DNA of 64,000 nucleotides, taken from an uncultured Candidatus Rokubacteria bacterium (lineage in GTDB: Bacteria > Methylomirabilota > Methylomirabilia > Rokubacteriales > CSP1-6). The notes under the pieces were generated by a model. The model was not told where the DNA came from and searched no databases. It worked only from the letters and a program-made list of their open reading frames with translations. Location: the NCBI GenBank assembly GCA_963789955.1, contig CAWBMV010000016.1:32001-96000 (forward strand). Reading direction: 5' to 3'. Positions 22,217 to 31,947 of this stretch are shown here, piece after piece. The position numbers and the translations under genes are program-made. The number at the start of each line of letters is the position of its first letter. Within the stretch, counting starts at the first letter, position 1.

Positions 22217-23382
22217 TCACTTGCGGGTCGCGAAGTGCGGCTTGACCTCTTTCGCGAACCAGGCGAGCTGCTCCAGCATCACGCTCTGCGGCGTGCCCAT
22301 GCTGTTGCTCACGTGGACGTACTCGAGGCCCGGGTACTTCTGCTCGAGCGATCTGAGGTGCGCCACGAACTCCTCGGGCGTTCCGGCGAACCACGCGCCG
22401 ACCTTCGTGTAGTCCTCGACGGTCGGCACGCCGGCGGCGCCCCAGCCGCCGCGCTTCATCGCCACGCGCGTTCTGCTCGGCGGTCATGCCGGGCACGAAG
22501 CCGAGCGGACCGAACATCTTCACGTGCTCCTCGTACCACGGGCGTGATCTCGCGCACCGCGCGCTCGCGCGACTCGGCCAGGTGGAAGAAGATGCCGAGG
22601 CTCAGCCCCTCGCCGAGCTTGTAGTTCGACGACCGGCGCGCTCCGACGCCTCCTGATAGGCGTGGATCGAGCTGCTCGGCCATCGTCGCGGCGCCGCCGC
22701 CGATCAGGCCCTTGATGCGGTGTTTCATCATGAAGTCGAGCCCGCGGGCGCTGGCGCTCACGACGGGCTGCCAGCACTCGACGGGCTGCCGCAGCGGGCG
22801 CGGCACGAGCGTCAGATCGCGGAGCTCGTACCCGCGGTACGGGACGGCCGGCGGCAGCGTGTAGTGCTGGCCCCGATGCGTGAACCGCTCGGAGTGGAAC
22901 GACTTCATGAGGATGTCGACCTGCTCCTCGAAGAGCGCGCGGTTCGCCTCGGCGTCGAGCATCGGGCTGCCGAACGTCTCGACCTCCCGGCTGTGATACC
23001 CGCGGCCCACGCCGAACACCACGCGGCCGCCCGTGAGGATATCCGCGGTCGCGAAGTCCTCCGCGAGCCGCAGCGGATGCCACATCGGCGTGATGTTGAA
23101 GCCGCAGCCGATGCGAAGCCGCGTCGTGAGATGCGCCAGGTGGACGGCCACCATCATGATGTTCGGGATGCACTCGTAGCCCTCGTGCTGGAAGTGGTGC
23201 TCGGCCAGCCAGAGGATGCTGTATTCGTGCTCGTCCATGCACCGCGCGATGGCCTCGGTCTTGTCGAACACCGACGCCAGATGCTCGTTCGAGTACCGCC
23301 GCTCGTTGGCCGGCGTGGCCATCTGGCCCATGTCCCCCAGATCCACGTGCCCGGCATACACCGTCGAGAACTTGCTGATCAT
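22217..23382 (-). CDS. LLM-class flavin-dependent oxidoreductase (frameshifted)
   Basis: LWLAEHHF, HPLRLAEDFATADILTGGRVVFGVGRGY, FAKEVKPHF. Confidence 0.88.
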
Positions 23383-23445
23383 CTCTCCCCCTCCGCGCGC
23401 GAGCCTATCAGCGGCGTCATTCCAACGTCAAACCCGGCGCCGTCA

Positions 23446-23611
23446 TTCCGGCGGGAGGCGGGTGGGGTGGCGGTGGGGGTCGTGCGACCACGCGGCACGC
23501 GTTCGCTGCTCCGGGGCGGCTGGGCTCCATCCCGGCGCGCCACTTCCGCCGCCGCTTGGAGGGAACGAGTCGCACGACCCCCGCCGCCACCCCACCCGCC
23601 TCCCGCCGGAA
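23446..23611 (+). repeat. Hairpin element copy A (166 bp, about 42-bp terminal inverted repeats)
   Basis: ttccggcgggaggcgggtggggtggcggtgggggtcgtgcgac ... gtcgcacgacccccgccgccaccccacccgcctcccgccggaa. Confidence 0.85.
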
Positions 23612-23727
23612 CGTCTGCATCAGGCAGGACGCGTGAACCGCGATCATCCCTGCGCACCGAGGCCGAGCAGTGGTCGAGCTGGTCCTAGGCTCGGGCGCGA
23701 TGCTCGCGCACATCCTGACCGCTGAGG

Positions 23728-23893
23728 CGCCGGGCGGGTGGCGGAGGTGGCGGGTGGGGGTCTCGGGACCCGTTCCCTCCAGGGGGGCAACGGACACTGC
23801 CGCGCCCAGATGGAGCCCAGCCGCACAGGCCACGCGAACGCGTGCCGCGTGGTCCCGAGACCCCCACCCGCCACCTCCGCCACCCGCCCGGCG
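23728..23893 (-). repeat. Hairpin element copy B, inverted relative to copy A
   Basis: Has its own terminal inverted repeats. Its reverse complement shares cacgcggcacgcgttcgc, ggctgggctccatc and tggagggaacg with copy A. Confidence 0.85.
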
Positions 23894-23918
23894 TCGCAAA
23901 GCGAGTAGGATGGGCGCA

Positions 23919-25130
23919 GTGCGCCTAACGTCCCGGCCGATGATGAAGCTGTGGCGACATCACGGCGTACGCTGTCTCGGCTTCTGCGTCTTCTTCCATT
24001 CGATCGGCATGGTCGGCGAGCAGGTCGTCCTCGGCTGGTACATCCTCGAGATCACCGACTCGGCGTTCATGGTGGGCCTGGCGCTGGGCGTGCGGAACTT
24101 GCCGCTGCTGTTCGCCGGCATTCCGGCGGGTGTCGTCGCCGATCGCGGCGACCGGGTGAAACTGCTCCAGATCTCCGGCGTCACGATGGCGGCGGGTTCC
24201 GCGCTGATGGGCGCGCTCGTCGCGGCGAAGCTCGGCGGAGTCGGGCCGGCGTTGATGCTGACCTTCGCCACGGGGTGTGCGCGCGCCCTTCATCAGACCG
24301 CGCGCCAGGGCTATGCGCACGATACCGCCGGGGGCGGCGGCGTGGTCCACGCGCTCGCGCTCGTCGCCCTCACCTCGCGGCTGGGCGGCCTGCTCGGCTC
24401 GCTCATGGCGGGTGTCATGATCGCGCGCCTCGGCTCCGCGACGGCCTTCCTGATGGTCGCGGCCAGCTATCTCGTGAGCGCTCTCGCCATGCTGCCGGCG
24501 CGATCGAGCGGCCGCCCGAGCGAGGCCGCCGAGAGCTCGGTGCGCGACGACGTGTTCGGCTTTCTCGGGACGATCCGGCACGATCGCGTGCTCCTGCACC
24601 TCATGAGCCTGACGGCGATCGCGGAGGTGCTGGGCTTCTCGCATCAAGCGCTGCTGCCGAGTCTCGCCCGCGACGTGCTCCAGGTGGGACCGGAAGGGCT
24701 CGGCGTGATGACGGCCGCGCGGCAGGTCGGCGGGCTGGCCGGGATCGCGTTCACCTCCGGGCTCGGCGGTGCGCGCTACGGGCCGCTCTTCCTCTCGGTG
24801 ATCGTCGGCTTCGGCGCCTCGCTCGTGGCGCTCGGGTTCGCGCCGAGCTTCACGGTGGTCTTGCTGATCCTGGTCGGCGCCAACGCGCTCGGCGCGGTGA
24901 CGGACGTGCTGGCGCAGACGTTGATCCAGCTCGCGGTGCCGAGCGGGCTTCGCGGCCGCGCGGGCGGGGCATGGGTGGTGTCGATCGGGATGGCGCCGCT
25001 CGGGCAGTTCCAGGTGGGAGCACTCGCGTCGCTCTTCGGCGTCAGCGCCGCGCTCGGGGTGAACGGCGTCGCGCTGATGGCGGTCGGTGCCGCCGCGGCG
25101 CTGCTGGTGCCGAGGCTTCGCCGACTCTGA
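23919..25130 (+). CDS. MFS transporter
   Basis: About 12 hydrophobic segments, GVVADRGDR motif A, LRGR. The GTG start lies 7 nt after TAGGAT. Confidence 0.88.
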   Translation: MRLTSRPMMKLWRHHGVRCLGFCVFFHSIGMVGEQVVLGWYILEITDSAFMVGLALGVRNLPLLFAGIPAGVVADRGDRVKLLQISGVTMAAGSALMGALVAAKLGGVGPALMLTFATGCARALHQTARQGYAHDTAGGGGVVHALALVALTSRLGGLLGSLMAGVMIARLGSATAFLMVAASYLVSALAMLPARSSGRPSEAAESSVRDDVFGFLGTIRHDRVLLHLMSLTAIAEVLGFSHQALLPSLARDVLQVGPEGLGVMTAARQVGGLAGIAFTSGLGGARYGPLFLSVIVGFGASLVALGFAPSFTVVLLILVGANALGAVTDVLAQTLIQLAVPSGLRGRAGGAWVVSIGMAPLGQFQVGALASLFGVSAALGVNGVALMAVGAAAALLVPRLRRL

Positions 25131-25918
25131 TGGCGGCGTCTCTCGAGCGCCGGGTGGCGATCGACGCCGCGCGCGCCGCCGGCGACATCTTAAAGATGCA
25201 GTTTCGCGCGGCGCATCGCATCGCGTTCAAGGGCCAGACGATCAATCTCGTCACCGAGATGGACGAGCGCGCCGAGGAGCTGATCGTCGGCCGGCTCGCG
25301 TCGGCGTTTCCCGACGACGCGATCCTCGCCGAGGAGCGCGGCGCGGCGCGCGGACGCTCGGGGCGGCGCTGGATCGTCGATCCGCTCGACGGCACGACGA
25401 ACTACGCGCACGGGCTGCCGGTCTACGCGGTGTCGATCGCGCTCGAGGTCGATCGGCGGATCGCGCTCGGCGTCGCCTACGATCCGAGCGCCGACGAGCT
25501 CTACGTCGCCGAGCGCGGGCGCGGCGCGACCGTGAACGATGCGCCGCTCGCGGTATCGACGACGCCGACCCTCGAGGCGAGTCTGCTGACGACGGGCTTT
25601 CCCTACAACATTCGCGAGACGCCGGACACGAACCTGAAGGAATACGCCGCGTTCGCGCTCCGCTGTCGCGGCGTGCGCAGACTCGGCTCCGCCGTCCTCG
25701 ACCTCGCGTGGGTCGCCGCCGGCCGGCTCGACGGCTTCTGGGAGCTCCGCCTCGGGCCGTGGGACGTGGCCGCGGCCAGCCTCTTCGTCGAAGAGGCCGG
25801 CGGGCGAATCACGAATCTGGTGGGAGGAGCTGTCGACGTCGACGCGCCCGCGGTGGTCGCGAGCAACGGGCGCATCCAGGACGAGATGCTGGCGGTGCTG
25901 AGAGGGGTCCGAGCCTAG
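25130..25918 (+). CDS. suhB: Inositol monophosphatase family protein
   Basis: LVTEMD, AEE, WIVDPLDGTTNY, RRLGSA, PWDVAA. Confidence 0.92.
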   Translation: MAASLERRVAIDAARAAGDILKMQFRAAHRIAFKGQTINLVTEMDERAEELIVGRLASAFPDDAILAEERGAARGRSGRRWIVDPLDGTTNYAHGLPVYAVSIALEVDRRIALGVAYDPSADELYVAERGRGATVNDAPLAVSTTPTLEASLLTTGFPYNIRETPDTNLKEYAAFALRCRGVRRLGSAVLDLAWVAAGRLDGFWELRLGPWDVAAASLFVEEAGGRITNLVGGAVDVDAPAVVASNGRIQDEMLAVLRGVRA

Positions 25919-26106
25919 TCGGTGACGCGGGGGCGAATCTCCAGACCGCCCAGCGGACCCGGCAGGCCGCGCAGGGTGATCTGCACCGAAGACCGTGAGT
26001 CCGGCTGGCCCTCGACGATCACGTCGACGTCGACGGCTTCGGCCGCGCTCAGGACTTCTCCGAGCCACGCCAACAGCTGGTCAGACCCGAACGGTGTGCG
26101 TGTCAT
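25915..26106 (-). CDS. Small hypothetical protein (63 aa)
   Basis: GGGGAG RBS, MTRTPFGSDQLLAWLGEVL... Confidence 0.45.
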   Translation of the reverse strand: MTRTPFGSDQLLAWLGEVLSAAEAVDVDVIVEGQPDSRSSVQITLRGLPGPLGGLEIRPRVTD

Positions 26107-26168
26107 GCTCTCCCCCGATTTTCTGTGAACGGCGGGAACTGTCATATAATGCCGCCGGTTGCACTGCC

Positions 26169-26723
26169 ATGAAGTCCGCGTCTTCTGACTCGGCGCTCGA
26201 GCATCAAGGCCACGACGAGAGGTTCGCGCCGCTCTGGTACGTGCTGCGGACGCGCTCGCGTCACGAAAAGACGGTGCGCGATCAGCTCGTGCGCCGAGAG
26301 GTCGAGACTTTTCTGCCCATCGCCGAGCGCTGGAGCCGCTGGAAGGATCGGCGCAAGAAAGTCGCCTTCCCACTTTTTCCCGGCTACTGCTTCGCGCGTT
26401 TCTCGCTCGTCGACCGCCTCCGGGTCCTGAACGTCGTCGGGGTCGCCGATCTCGTCGGGATCAGCGGCCGGCCCGAGCCCGTCCCGGACGCCGAGATCGA
26501 AGCGATTCAACGTCTGGCGAGCACGACCTTGCAGTACGATCCGCACCCGTTCCTGGCCGAAGGCATGGACGTCGAGGTCGTGCGCGGCCCCCTCGCCGGC
26601 GTCCGCGGCAAGCTCCTGCGCAAGGACCGTGTGACGCGGCTGGTGCTCTCCGTCACGCTCATCCGCCAGGCCGCGGTCGTCGAAATCCATCCGGCTGACG
26701 TCGTTCACGTAAGCGGCCCCTAG
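26169..26723 (+). CDS. UpxY/RfaH-like NusG paralogue transcription antiterminator
   Basis: WYVLRTRSRHEK, RWKDRRKKVAFPLFPGYCF, KOW motif VEVVRGPLAGVRG. TATAAT at 26145-26150. Confidence 0.9.
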   Translation: MKSASSDSALEHQGHDERFAPLWYVLRTRSRHEKTVRDQLVRREVETFLPIAERWSRWKDRRKKVAFPLFPGYCFARFSLVDRLRVLNVVGVADLVGISGRPEPVPDAEIEAIQRLASTTLQYDPHPFLAEGMDVEVVRGPLAGVRGKLLRKDRVTRLVLSVTLIRQAAVVEIHPADVVHVSGP

Positions 26724-27501
26724 TTCCGGAGCAACGCTCGCGCCTGGCGGGCCGCGGCACTCTGGGGATGCTCGCGGACCACTCGCTCCCACGATCGCTT
26801 CGCTCGCGCGCCGTCACCCAGGTCCTTCTGACATAGACCGATCTTCAGCAGCGCGTCGGGCACTTTCTCGCCGCGCGGCACCGCGGCGACGAGCGCCTCG
26901 AACTCGGCCAGCGCGCCGCGCCAGTCCTTCTGCTTGTAGTAGATGTCGGCCACCAGGAACTGCGCGCTCTCGCGCAGCGGGCTGTCCGGATACGTCGCGA
27001 TGAGGTCGTAGAACGTGAGGATCGCCGCGTCGTCGGCCTTGGCGCGCAGCTGATCGACCCCTCGCCGGTAGAGGTCGGCCGCCGGCGTCGTGGTCGCCGA
27101 GCCGAGCAGCGGCGGCGCTGCGGGCGGCGCCGGGGCGGTGCGGCGCGCTCGGCGCGAACCCGCTCGGCGCGGCCGGCAGGCGACCGCGATTCGGCGACTC
27201 CGAGCTCTTCCACGCGACGACGCAAGTACGTCAGCTGATCATCCTGCTGTCGCGAGGCCGCGATGAGCTTGGCGACGGCGTTCTGGAGCTCGGCGAGCTC
27301 GCTGGCGATGCGCGCGACCTGCTCGTTGGAGCGATTCGGGTCGGCGGCGGCTCCCGACGGCTGGTTCGCGCCGGCGGCGGGTCGCGGCGAGTCGGCCGTC
27401 GCCGGCTGCTTGCCCACCTCGGCGCAGCCGGCAAGCATGAGCGCGACCATCGCGGCACCGAGAAGCGTGCCGAAGCGGAGCGCCGGGGTCGCGGTAGTCA
27501 C
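26720..27501 (-). CDS. CpoB/YbgF-like TPR lipoprotein (frameshifted)
   Basis: Lipobox MLAGC, coiled coil, TPR C-terminus KVPDALLKIGLCQ..VVREHPQSAAARQA. Confidence 0.75.
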
Positions 27502-28031
27502 GGGCTGTTCGCCGTCGTCACGGACACGAACGCGAGCGGCCATTGAGCGTGCGCCCGCACCTGGAGCGTCACGGTCGTCTCGCGGCTCAGCGGCACGTCG
27601 ACGAGCCAGAGCCAGCCCTCCGGCACGTTCAACGACGGATAGCTCCGCACGATCTCGCCGCGCGCGAACACATACTGGGCCTGCCCGGCGGCGCGCGTGT
27701 GCACGCGCTCCCCGAGGACCAGGGTCCCTCCGTTCGTGACGCAGAAGAGATAGTCGATCTCCTCTGCCGGAGAAGTCCGGATCACCCGAACGGGCGCCGT
27801 GCGTCGCGTGGACTTTCCGGCGATGCTCGTGGAGATCTGCTCGAGCGTCGAATACGCGACGGGCGCCTCGCGCATGGCGAAGAGCTCGTTGCCCTGGCTC
27901 TGGACGCGGATCATCGATTGATCCAGGGCCGCCACCGGCCGCGACTGAGGCTCTACGCGCGCGGCGACGATCAGGAGCGAGGCGACGGCGGCGAGCGTCA
28001 CCACGGCCTGGAGCGCGGACCCGCGCGTCAT
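27498..28031 (-). CDS. Hypothetical exported protein
   Basis: N-terminal hydrophobic segment; ATGA/GTGA overlaps with both neighbours. Confidence 0.65.
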   Translation of the reverse strand: MTRGSALQAVVTLAAVASLLIVAARVEPQSRPVAALDQSMIRVQSQGNELFAMREAPVAYSTLEQISTSIAGKSTRRTAPVRVIRTSPAEEIDYLFCVTNGGTLVLGERVHTRAAGQAQYVFARGEIVRSYPSLNVPEGWLWLVDVPLSRETTVTLQVRAHAQWPLAFVSVTTANSP

Positions 28032-28936
28032 CCCGGCGCCGCCCGGCCCTGGAGCGCGATCCAGTCGCTCCGGCCGCCGATCCAGCCGCGCACCACTCTG
28101 GCGATGGGCAGCTCGTCACCCGCGGTGATCGCGCGCGCCGCGAGCTCGTCGAGTCGCGTGAGCCGCGCGCGCACCGCCGCGAGCTCCGCCAGGAATGCCG
28201 CGAACGTCGCGAGCAGCGCGCCGCCTTCCACCTCGGCGTGGAGCGTGAACACGTTGATGCCCGGCCGCACCGCCTGCGCGAGCGCCTGCGGGACGTTCGC
28301 GACGCGGCCCATGACCTCGTCCATCGTCGGCATCGTCGTCGGCAGCTGGATGGTCTCGAGCGCGCCGTCGCCGACGCTCGGCCGGAACGGCGTGTCGCCA
28401 CGCGTGTCGCTCGCGTAGCGGAAGCCGCGGCCGTCCTGGACCGTGAGCGCCAGCGGCGAAGTCCGCCACCCGGGCGCCGCGCTCGCGGATGGCGCGACGC
28501 CGACCGCGGCCAGGAACGACCGCGCGGCCAGATCCAGATCGGCGCGGATCGCCACGTGGTCCAGTCGATGGATGCGATCCTGCCAGCCGACGTGGTCCCA
28601 GCCGTGCGGCGCGACCTCGTGCCCTTCATCGGCGATCTGACGGAGCATCGCCGGCGCGCCGGCGCCGACCAGCCTCGCGGGCACGAGCGTGCCGGACAGC
28701 AACGTGCGGAGCCCGTAGAGCTTGAACGGGTTCGTGCGCCACATCTTGGCGAGAAAGCTCGGGCGCAGCGCGCGGCGGATCGCCCGCCCGGAGTGGTCCG
28801 GCCCCATGGTCACGAAGAAGGACGCGCGGACTCCGAGGCGCCGGAAGAGCTCGAGCAAGCGCGGGACCCCTTCGTCCAGACCACGGCGCGTGTCGACGTC
28901 CACGCGCAGGCCGACCGTCGCGCGATCGGTCAGCAT
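28028..28936 (-). CDS. arnD: ArnD-like deformylase (polysaccharide deacetylase fold)
   Basis: GLRVDVDT, ASFFVTMGPDHSGRA, HGWDHVGWQ, AAPGW, QLPTTMPTMDE, FTLHAEVEG. Confidence 0.85.
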   Translation of the reverse strand: MLTDRATVGLRVDVDTRRGLDEGVPRLLELFRRLGVRASFFVTMGPDHSGRAIRRALRPSFLAKMWRTNPFKLYGLRTLLSGTLVPARLVGAGAPAMLRQIADEGHEVAPHGWDHVGWQDRIHRLDHVAIRADLDLAARSFLAAVGVAPSASAAPGWRTSPLALTVQDGRGFRYASDTRGDTPFRPSVGDGALETIQLPTTMPTMDEVMGRVANVPQALAQAVRPGINVFTLHAEVEGGALLATFAAFLAELAAVRARLTRLDELAARAITAGDELPIARVVRGWIGGRSDWIALQGRAAPG

Positions 28937-29867
28937 CAGAGACGCGTCCCCGGGCGCACAGCCCGGCGCGCCGCCCAGCGGTCGGCAGGCTCGGCGACGC
29001 CGCCGGCGCTTTGCACGCGCGTGATCAGGAGCATGCCCCGGCCCGTCGCCACGGCGATGCCGCGCGCCGGAACGATCTCGACCACGGTCCCCGGCGCGGC
29101 GTCGCTCGCCGAATCCTCGTGGATCGACGCGGCCCACAGGTGGACACGCGCCGGGCCGTCGCCGACGAACGCGCCGGGATAGGGCTCGGCGACCGCGCGA
29201 ATCATGTTGAAGATCCGGGCGGCCGGCCAGGTCCATTCGATCCGGCCGTCCTCGGGACGTCGCCGCGGCATGGTCGTCGCCAGCCTCGGATCCTGTGGGA
29301 TCCGCGGCGCCCGGTCGGCGAGCACCGCCGGGTAGGACTCGAGCAGCAGCTCCACGCCGATCTTCGTCATGCGCTCGTACACGGTGAAGGCGGTGTCGTC
29401 CGGCTCGATGTCGATCGGCCGCTGGGCCACGATGTCGCCCGCGTCGGCGGTCGCGGTCATGTGATGGAGGGTGATGCCGGTGCGCGACTCGCCGTGCACG
29501 ATCGCCCAGTTGAGCGGCGCACGGCCGCGGTACGCCGGCAGCAGCGAGCCGTGCAAATTCAACGCCGCGATTCGCGGCAGCGCCAGAAGCGCGGGCCCCA
29601 GGAGCCGGCGATACCACACGGAGAGCATGAGTCGGGCGCGAGCTCGCGAACGTCTCGACGGTCGCGGGGCGATTCGGCGAAGGCGGCGTGAGACAGGGAA
29701 TCCGATAGATGCGCGCGACGTCGGCGACCGACTCGAACCAGCTCCGTTCACCGGGATCGTCGGCGTGGGTCACCACGGCCGCGACGTGCTCGCCTCGTGA
29801 CGAGCGCCTCGAGCACGCGCGCGCCGATCGTGTGATAGGCGAAGACGGCCCACCGCGCGCGCGTCAC
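28936..29867 (-). CDS. Stand-alone ArnA-type formyltransferase (frameshifted)
   Basis: VFAYHTIG, VVTHADDPGE..WF, LNLHGSLLPAYRGRAPLNW, ADAGDIV, RRRPEDG, PYPGAF. Confidence 0.85.
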
Positions 29868-30634
29868 TCGAGCACCTCGGCGATCACGTAGCGCGGCCCG
29901 CGCCGCGCTTCCTGATAGATCCGGCTCACGCGCGCGCCGATCGGCCGGAGTGCGAGCACCTGGACCGAGAGGTCGAAGGCCAGGCCGAGGAGCCGCAGCG
30001 GCCCGTACCGGGAGCGTCCGTGCTCGCGGGCGCGGTGGTCGACGGGAATCTCGGTCATCGAGGACGCGAAGGCCGCGGCGAGCACCGGAAGGTAGCGCCG
30101 GGTGCCCCGGAACGCGAGGATCCGGTCGATCACCGATCGCCGGTACGCGCGCAGCATGCATCCGTAGTCGCGAAGCCGTACGCCGATCGCGGCCGACGTC
30201 ACGTGATTGACGAGCCAGGACGCGGCCCGCCGGCCCCAGGGATCGCGCCGGCTCACGCGCCGCCCGCCGACGACGTCCGCGCCGGTTTCGAGCGCCGCGA
30301 GCAGCCGCGGAATCTCCTCGGGCGGATTCTGCAGATCGGCGTCGAGCGTCACGACGATCTCGCCGCGGGCGCGCTCCATGCCGGCGAACAGCGCGGCGTG
30401 CTGCCCGTAGTTGCGATTGAACCGGATCATCCGCACGGCCGCGTCGCGGGCGCGGAGCGCGCGAAGGACGTCCGCCGAGTCGTCGCGGCTCCCGTCGTCC
30501 ACGAAGATGATCTCGTGCGGGCGGCCGATCTTCTCGAGCGTGCGCGCGAGCCGCTGATGGAGCGCGACGAGACTCGGCGCCTCGTTGAACACGGGGATCA
30601 CGATCGACAGCGCCGGCCGCGCGCCGTCGCTCAT
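29864..30634 (-). CDS. ArnC-like polyprenyl-phosphate GT2 glycosyltransferase (no C-terminal TM hairpin)
   Basis: VIPVFNE, VDDGSRD, RNYGQHAA, TLDADLQNPPEEIP, DYGCMLRAY, RIYQEARRGPRY. Confidence 0.88.
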   Translation of the reverse strand: MSDGARPALSIVIPVFNEAPSLVALHQRLARTLEKIGRPHEIIFVDDGSRDDSADVLRALRARDAAVRMIRFNRNYGQHAALFAGMERARGEIVVTLDADLQNPPEEIPRLLAALETGADVVGGRRVSRRDPWGRRAASWLVNHVTSAAIGVRLRDYGCMLRAYRRSVIDRILAFRGTRRYLPVLAAAFASSMTEIPVDHRAREHGRSRYGPLRLLGLAFDLSVQVLALRPIGARVSRIYQEARRGPRYVIAEVLE

Positions 30635-31947
30635 CGCCCGGCCTCCCGGACCAGCAGGCAGTCGTTGTGGCCGCCGAAGCCGAACGAGTTCGAGATGGCG
30701 GCGCGGATGCGGGCGGGCACGGCGGTGTTGGGCACGTAGTTGAGGTCGCATTCGGGATCCGGCACGCGGTAGTTGATCGTCGGCGGGGCGATCTGGTCGC
30801 GCACCGCCAGCACCGTGGTCGCGAGCTCGATCGCGCCCGCGGCCGAGATCGTGTGGCCGATCATGGATTTGGTCGAGCTCACCAGGAGCCGCGGGGCCTC
30901 GGCGCCGAACACGGTCTTGATCGCGGCGGTCTCCACACGGTCGTTCATCGGCGTCGAGGTTCCGTGCGCGTTGACGTAGTCGACGTCGGGCGGGCTCAGC
31001 TCGGCGTCGGCCAGTGCCAGGCGCATCGCGCCGATGGCACCCCGCCCGTCCGGCGCCTCGTCGGTGACGCGATAGGCATCGCAGGTGGTCCCGTAGCCCG
31101 CGATCTCCGCGAGCGCCGGAGCCCCGCGACGACGCGCATGGTCGGCCGCCTCGAGGACGAGAAAGCCGGCGCCTTCGCCGATCACGAAGCCGTCGCGCCG
31201 AGCGTCGAAGGGCCGGCTCGCGGTCTCCGGCGTTCCGTTCTGGCGCGACATGACCCCGAGCAGGCAGAAGAGCTGCACCTCGATGGGCGCGACGATGCAC
31301 TCGGCGCCGCCGGCCAGCGCCACGTCGATCGTGCCGCGGCGGATCGCGCGGTACGCCTCGCCGATCGCCTGTGCCGACGACGTGCACGCGGTCTGGATCG
31401 TCGCCGTCGGTCCCTCGACCGCGAAGTGCCCGGCGAGCCGCGCGGCCAGGTACTGCGGCCACGTCCGGTAGGCCGCCCGGGCGGCGGCCCGGCGCGCGAA
31501 CTCGCCGACGAATCCGGCGCGGGTCACGCCGCCGCCGGCATCGCGGCTCGCGTACGCGATGGCGCCGAGATCGCGCAGATCCTGGCGCTCGCCGCTGGTA
31601 CCGACGAAGACGCCGGCGCGCCGCGACGCGAGCACCGCACGGGCGCCGGCCGCCGCGACGGCGCCGCGGGCGGCGCGCACACCCACCACGACGCCGCGGG
31701 GCTCCCGCGCATCGAGCGCTGCCTCGGCCCGGAGCTCGTCGATCAGCGCCCGATCGTCGAGCGAGGCGGCGATCTGGGTCGGAAGCCCTTCGGGATCGAA
31801 GTGGGAGATGCGCTTGACGCCCGACACGCCGGCGAGCGCGGCCTTCCAGAAGGTGTCCGCCTCGGCGCCGATCGGCGTCACCAGGTCGAGCCCGGTCACG
31901 ACGACCCGCCGGCGCGCGCCCGCGTCAGGCGAGGAGCGAGTACCCAC
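30631..31947 (-). CDS. Beta-ketoacyl-ACP synthase (FabF/KS type), intact Cys-His-His triad; start uncertain
   Basis: TACTSS, SRPFDARRDGFVIGEG, NAHGTST, KSMIGH, SNSFGFGG. Confidence 0.92.
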   Translation of the reverse strand: MGTRSSPDAGARRRVVVTGLDLVTPIGAEADTFWKAALAGVSGVKRISHFDPEGLPTQIAASLDDRALIDELRAEAALDAREPRGVVVGVRAARGAVAAAGARAVLASRRAGVFVGTSGERQDLRDLGAIAYASRDAGGGVTRAGFVGEFARRAAARAAYRTWPQYLAARLAGHFAVEGPTATIQTACTSSAQAIGEAYRAIRRGTIDVALAGGAECIVAPIEVQLFCLLGVMSRQNGTPETASRPFDARRDGFVIGEGAGFLVLEAADHARRRGAPALAEIAGYGTTCDAYRVTDEAPDGRGAIGAMRLALADAELSPPDVDYVNAHGTSTPMNDRVETAAIKTVFGAEAPRLLVSSTKSMIGHTISAAGAIELATTVLAVRDQIAPPTINYRVPDPECDLNYVPNTAVPARIRAAISNSFGFGGHNDCLLVREAGR

